NCBI GenBank assembly: GCA_017613015.1
Contig: JAGAEQ010000005.1
Location: forward strand, 1 to 60,719
Direction: 5' to 3'
Source: Bacteroidales bacterium
Lineage (GTDB): Bacteria; Bacteroidota; Bacteroidia; Bacteroidales; WCHB1-69
Length of the DNA: 60,719 nucleotides
Positions 57,289 to 60,719 of the stretch are shown piece after piece; position 1 is the first letter of the stretch; each line of letters starts with the position of its first letter. Position numbers and translations under genes: made by a program. The notes under the pieces were generated by a model. That model was given only the letters and a program-made list of their open reading frames with translations. It had not been told where the DNA came from and made no database searches.

Positions 57289-58218
57289 TTAACGCAGGTT
57301 TTCGGGATGTTGTTGCATCCAGCGGTAAATTTCTTGCGCCATGCGGGTGTTGGCCGCATGACCGGGGCAGACGGCCACGATACGCGCCTGCAAATCAGTT
57401 CCTATCAGTTGGAGGTCGCCCAACACATCTAACAGCTTGTGGCGGGCCGCTTCGTTGTCGAAACGCAGGCGGTTGTTGCTGAGGATGCCGCTCTCATTGA
57501 CGCGGATGTTCTCCACGTGGAAGAATTCGGCGATTTTCCGCTGTTCCTCCTCCTTTAAAGGCTGGGCGACGTACACGATGGCGTTGTCCAAGCTCCCGCC
57601 GCGCGCCAGGTTGTGCTGTATGAGCGGCCAGATTTCGTGCAGAAAGCAGAAGGTGCGGCAGACGGCAAAACCCGTCTCCACATCCTCCAAAGAGTGCAGC
57701 TTGGCGGTCTGCCTCCCTAAAACCTCCGTGTGGTAGTCCACCGTGACTTCCATTTCAAACGTGTCGCTGGGGTAGGCGTGCAGTTCTGCACCGTTGTCGT
57801 GGTGGTAGTGCAGCTCTTCCCCTAAAATCAGGCGTTTCCTTTCGGCCTTCTGTTCCTGTATGCCGGCTTGGTGGAGGTAGTGCAGCAGCTGCTCTGAGCA
57901 GCCGTCCAGAATGGGGAACTCCTCTCCGTCGGTTTCAATGCAGAGGTTGCAGACACCGGTGGCCGCCAAAGCCGCCATCAAATGTTCTATGGTGCCGACG
58001 GAGGTGCCTGTCTCCGCGTCCCTTACCGAAGTGCTTCGCGAAGTGTCGCCGACGTGGGTGGCCAAGGCCTGAATCTCCACGGCGGGGGAAAAGTCCGTGC
58101 GGCGGAAGCGGATGCCGCTGCCTTCGGGAGCGGGCAGCAGGCTCACATGCAGGGTCTTCCCGGAATGCAGTCCGACCCCTTCAAACGCGACGGGCTGGGC
58201 GATGGTTTTCTGTTTCAT
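57289..58218 (-). CDS. lpxC: UDP-3-O-acyl-N-acetylglucosamine deacetylase (stand-alone, no FabZ domain)
   Basis: Motifs G.GLHSG, F.RTD, EHLMAAL, PILDG, RTF, GGSL.NA, E.ARHKLLD..GD and GH. Confidence 0.92.
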   Translation of the reverse strand: MKQKTIAQPVAFEGVGLHSGKTLHVSLLPAPEGSGIRFRRTDFSPAVEIQALATHVGDTSRSTSVRDAETGTSVGTIEHLMAALAATGVCNLCIETDGEEFPILDGCSEQLLHYLHQAGIQEQKAERKRLILGEELHYHHDNGAELHAYPSDTFEMEVTVDYHTEVLGRQTAKLHSLEDVETGFAVCRTFCFLHEIWPLIQHNLARGGSLDNAIVYVAQPLKEEEQRKIAEFFHVENIRVNESGILSNNRLRFDNEAARHKLLDVLGDLQLIGTDLQARIVAVCPGHAANTRMAQEIYRWMQQHPENLR

Positions 58219-58223
58219 GGTTT

Positions 58224-58766
58224 TCAACGGTTTTTGAGGGCTTCTTTGTTTTTAGTTTTGAGTTTTTGCACTCCTTCTTGATTTTCAGCCCAATGGGCGA
58301 AATCAAAGATTTTGGGCAGCAGCATTCCGGCAGTTTTGCAGCAGGGGGCGTATACCGCGCTGGAGGCTTTCCATTCCTTGGTCAGAATTTTCTCCCCTTT
58401 GTCGATGGAGGAAATGCAGTAGAAAACGATACCGGCTCCCAACAGCACCTTGAGGGCTCCGAACACGGCCCCGAGCAGTTGGTTCGCTAATTTGGGAAGG
58501 GCGAAGGAAAGGCTGATTTTGAACAGTTTCCCTATCATATACACCGCCACGATGCAGAAGAGAAAGGAAATCAGCAGGCTGATCAGGTAGCGGGTTTCGG
58601 TGGTCGGCACCAGAATTTTCTGCACCACAGGCGAGAAGGGGATGGCGCACCAGGCCCCGACTAACAGCGCCAGCAGGGAGACCACCCCGTCCACAAGCCC
58701 TTTCCGGAATCCTTGGAAGGCGAACCAGGCCAGTAAAAGTACGATAATAATGTCAATCAGTTTCAT
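58224..58766 (-). CDS. CvpA family (colicin V production) membrane protein
   Basis: IDIII.....F.GF.KG and N.LLGAVFG..K in a hydrophobic protein. Confidence 0.85.
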   Translation of the reverse strand: MKLIDIIIVLLLAWFAFQGFRKGLVDGVVSLLALLVGAWCAIPFSPVVQKILVPTTETRYLISLLISFLFCIVAVYMIGKLFKISLSFALPKLANQLLGAVFGALKVLLGAGIVFYCISSIDKGEKILTKEWKASSAVYAPCCKTAGMLLPKIFDFAHWAENQEGVQKLKTKNKEALKNR

Positions 58767-58773
58767 CGTTGGT

Positions 58774-60719
58774 TTATTTTTTTATGAGTTTGGAAGTGTG
58801 TGTGCCGTCCGTCCCGGTGGTCCGTATCAGGTACATGCCCACAGGAAGGCTGTTGACAGACAAGTCGAAGGAAGTTTCTTCAGTATGGAAAGTGCGCAGG
58901 CAGCGTCCGCTGATGTCCAACAGGCGGATTTCCCCTAAGGCGGCCCCTTCCTTGCTGATGCGTACAAAATCGTTTGCCGGATTGGGGCGTATACTCAATT
59001 TGGCGGCGGCTGTTTCCGCAAGGGCGGTTTTGGAACCGGTGTAGGTAAAGCTCCATCCGTCCGATTCCAGGCTGTCGTCGCTTTCAAACTCCACAAGCAC
59101 CACATTGCTCGGCAAAAAGAAGACGGAGTCCGATTCCAGCTGACCGGAAAGGCGCAGCAGCTCCCGGTTGTTGTCGTTCAAGTCGTAAAAATGCAGCACA
59201 TCCTTGTCTTTTTCGGTTTCCAGCAGGTGGAAACGCAGTGCCAGGCCTTCGTGCCCCCTGACGTTGATGACGTGGCGGCAGCATGTGTTGGGGTTGTAGC
59301 GGTAGGCACCGCTTCCGTCGTTCAAGGTGGCGGAAACCTTCGTGCTTGTCTGGATGACGGTGCAGAATTCCGGATAGACGGCCTCATAGCTGAAATGCAC
59401 GCCTTCGCTTCGGGTGGTGTCTTGGGTGCGCAGCTGGACATCCCATTGGGTGACGCTTGTCTCCCAAGCGAAAGAAGTGTCCGTGGCTTGCAGGACTAAG
59501 GTTTGGAAATCAGGATCCGGTGAGCTGACAATCAGGCTGTCTCCCGCTTCCAAATGGCAGTGCACCTGGATTTTCATGCGCACCACGCTGTCCAAATCCG
59601 GACGGATGTGCCAGGTGTGGTCCACGGCGGCGGCGCAGCGTCCGTGGGTGCCGTAGCCGTTGGCGAAGGAGCCGCTCCGGTGGGTGAGGGTTCGCTCCCC
59701 GTGAAGCGCCGCCTCCTCCGGATAGCTGTAATGCAGGGTGTCAGGATAGGCGTTGATGATGATTTCCTGTGCCAGGTTGAAATTGTATCCGGGAGGGAAA
59801 AGGGATCCGGTGAGAAAATAGCCGTCCGAATGGCCGCTCCATCCGAAATTGAAATGGAAGTAGCAGTTCCCGCTGCTGTCCTTCTGGTAGCCGTCGCAAA
59901 CGAATCCGTGGCCGTTGGTCCAAGGCTTGCTCCATCCGGCATAGTAGAGCGGAATGCGCCGCTCCAGGTGCGCGATGATCACGCTGTCCCAATTGAGCGG
60001 ATAGGGTTCGGGATGCAGGCTGTCGTGCGCCATACCGTTGCTGTCGCGGAAAATGTAGCGCGTTTCCGGAAGGTATTTGAAATACGTGCGCAAGGCATAG
60101 GCGGCCTTGTGGTTGTACATGCCGGAGCTGCCAGGGCCGTAGACCATGTCCACCGCCACGCCGCAATGATGGGTCAGCAGCGAGGCCGCGCTGTTGATCT
60201 GGCCCGGCTGGTCGCACATGTGGGCGAAGGGGTAGCGGCTGTTCCCGAAATCGGCGGACAGGCTGCCGTAGGTGTCGTGGGTGTAGCTGTAGCTTCCCGT
60301 TCCGCTTTCCGGCCAGCGGAAATAATACATCAGCTGGGCCATGGCCGTGGCCACGCAGCCCGTGACGCAGCGTTCGTTCTTTCCTTTGTCGTCCTTGGGG
60401 CAGAAATAATTGTAGGGTGTTCCCTGGTCCCAATGGCTGAACAGCAGCGGTTTCACTTCGGCGCTTACTCCGCTTTGGCGGGTGGCGGTCCGCTGTGTGG
60501 CGGCCTTCCCGTTCTGGCGGGCGGCTATAATCTGCCGTTTGTAGGATTGCAGCCACATTTCCATGGCCGGGGCGGTGTTTTCGCTGTCAAAGGCGTGGTT
60601 CAGAGAGTAGGCCAGCACGGCTTCGCACCCGCTTTCCGCCGACACCACGACAAAGGCGTCGTCCCCGTTGAAAATGTAAAACACGGCTTCGTTGTCCGCC
60701 TGCTCCGTGTGCACGCAGG
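58774..60719 (-). CDS. C10 family (streptopain-like) cysteine peptidase with CUB-like domains and a T9SS C-terminal domain (5' partial)
   Basis: Catalytic motifs W.QG.PYN, TGCVATAMAQ, GH.FVCDGY and HFNFGW. CUB-like DGSG...Y..N..C...D.L....F.SD. C-terminal domain PNPA...G.Y......K..KK. Confidence 0.92.
   Translation of the reverse strand, partial: CVHTEQADNEAVFYIFNGDDAFVVVSAESGCEAVLAYSLNHAFDSENTAPAMEMWLQSYKRQIIAARQNGKAATQRTATRQSGVSAEVKPLLFSHWDQGTPYNYFCPKDDKGKNERCVTGCVATAMAQLMYYFRWPESGTGSYSYTHDTYGSLSADFGNSRYPFAHMCDQPGQINSAASLLTHHCGVAVDMVYGPGSSGMYNHKAAYALRTYFKYLPETRYIFRDSNGMAHDSLHPEPYPLNWDSVIIAHLERRIPLYYAGWSKPWTNGHGFVCDGYQKDSSGNCYFHFNFGWSGHSDGYFLTGSLFPPGYNFNLAQEIIINAYPDTLHYSYPEEAALHGERTLTHRSGSFANGYGTHGRCAAAVDHTWHIRPDLDSVVRMKIQVHCHLEAGDSLIVSSPDPDFQTLVLQATDTSFAWETSVTQWDVQLRTQDTTRSEGVHFSYEAVYPEFCTVIQTSTKVSATLNDGSGAYRYNPNTCCRHVINVRGHEGLALRFHLLETEKDKDVLHFYDLNDNNRELLRLSGQLESDSVFFLPSNVVLVEFESDDSLESDGWSFTYTGSKTALAETAAAKLSIRPNPANDFVRISKEGAALGEIRLLDISGRCLRTFHTEETSFDLSVNSLPVGMYLIRTTGTDGTHTSKLIKK

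Noticed and set aside
1-60719. CRISPR arrays, tRNA/rRNA genes, prophage, integrase, invertible-promoter recombinase or defence islands
   Set aside because: Intergenic gaps are all under about 350 bp. None contains regularly spaced repeats or cloverleaf/T-loop signatures, and no ORF has recombinase, nuclease-effector or phage structural motifs that I could recognise.

Overview
This 60.7 kb window is gene-dense, GC-rich core chromosome from an anaerobic member of the Bacteroidota, probably Bacteroidales. The assignment rests on TAnnTTTG -7 promoter boxes, A-rich non-Shine-Dalgarno start contexts, and porQ, porX, gldA/gldD, EF-G2 and a T9SS-tailed C10 protease. It holds about 48 CDSs, mostly housekeeping (ddl, pta, trmO, RluA x2, folP, folK, miaA, engB, dusB, recG, recF, hutI, kdsD, asnS, prfB, lpxC) plus many cell-envelope genes. 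I found no rRNA, tRNA, CRISPR array, integrase or transposase. The points most worth follow-up are: (i) a divergent four-gene envelope cluster in the middle of the window (Omp85-like barrel plus membrane-anchored giant coiled-coil on one strand, ~1030-aa TPR protein plus plug-less barrel on the other); (ii) an orphan C39 peptidase ABC exporter and HlyD pair with no clear cargo, but with a 31-aa Gly-Gly-containing sORF at its promoter; (iii) a candidate ~100-nt sRNA or attenuator upstream of hutI; (iv) a one-base frameshift in hutI; (v) an HdrB-like fragment; (vi) an EF-G2 with degenerate GTPase motifs; (vii) the programmed +1 frameshift in prfB; (viii) a stand-alone LpxC without FabZ; (ix) a glutaminyl cyclase with the 'Q-rule' visible in the window's own signal peptides. 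All product calls come from motif recognition by eye. No database searches were run.
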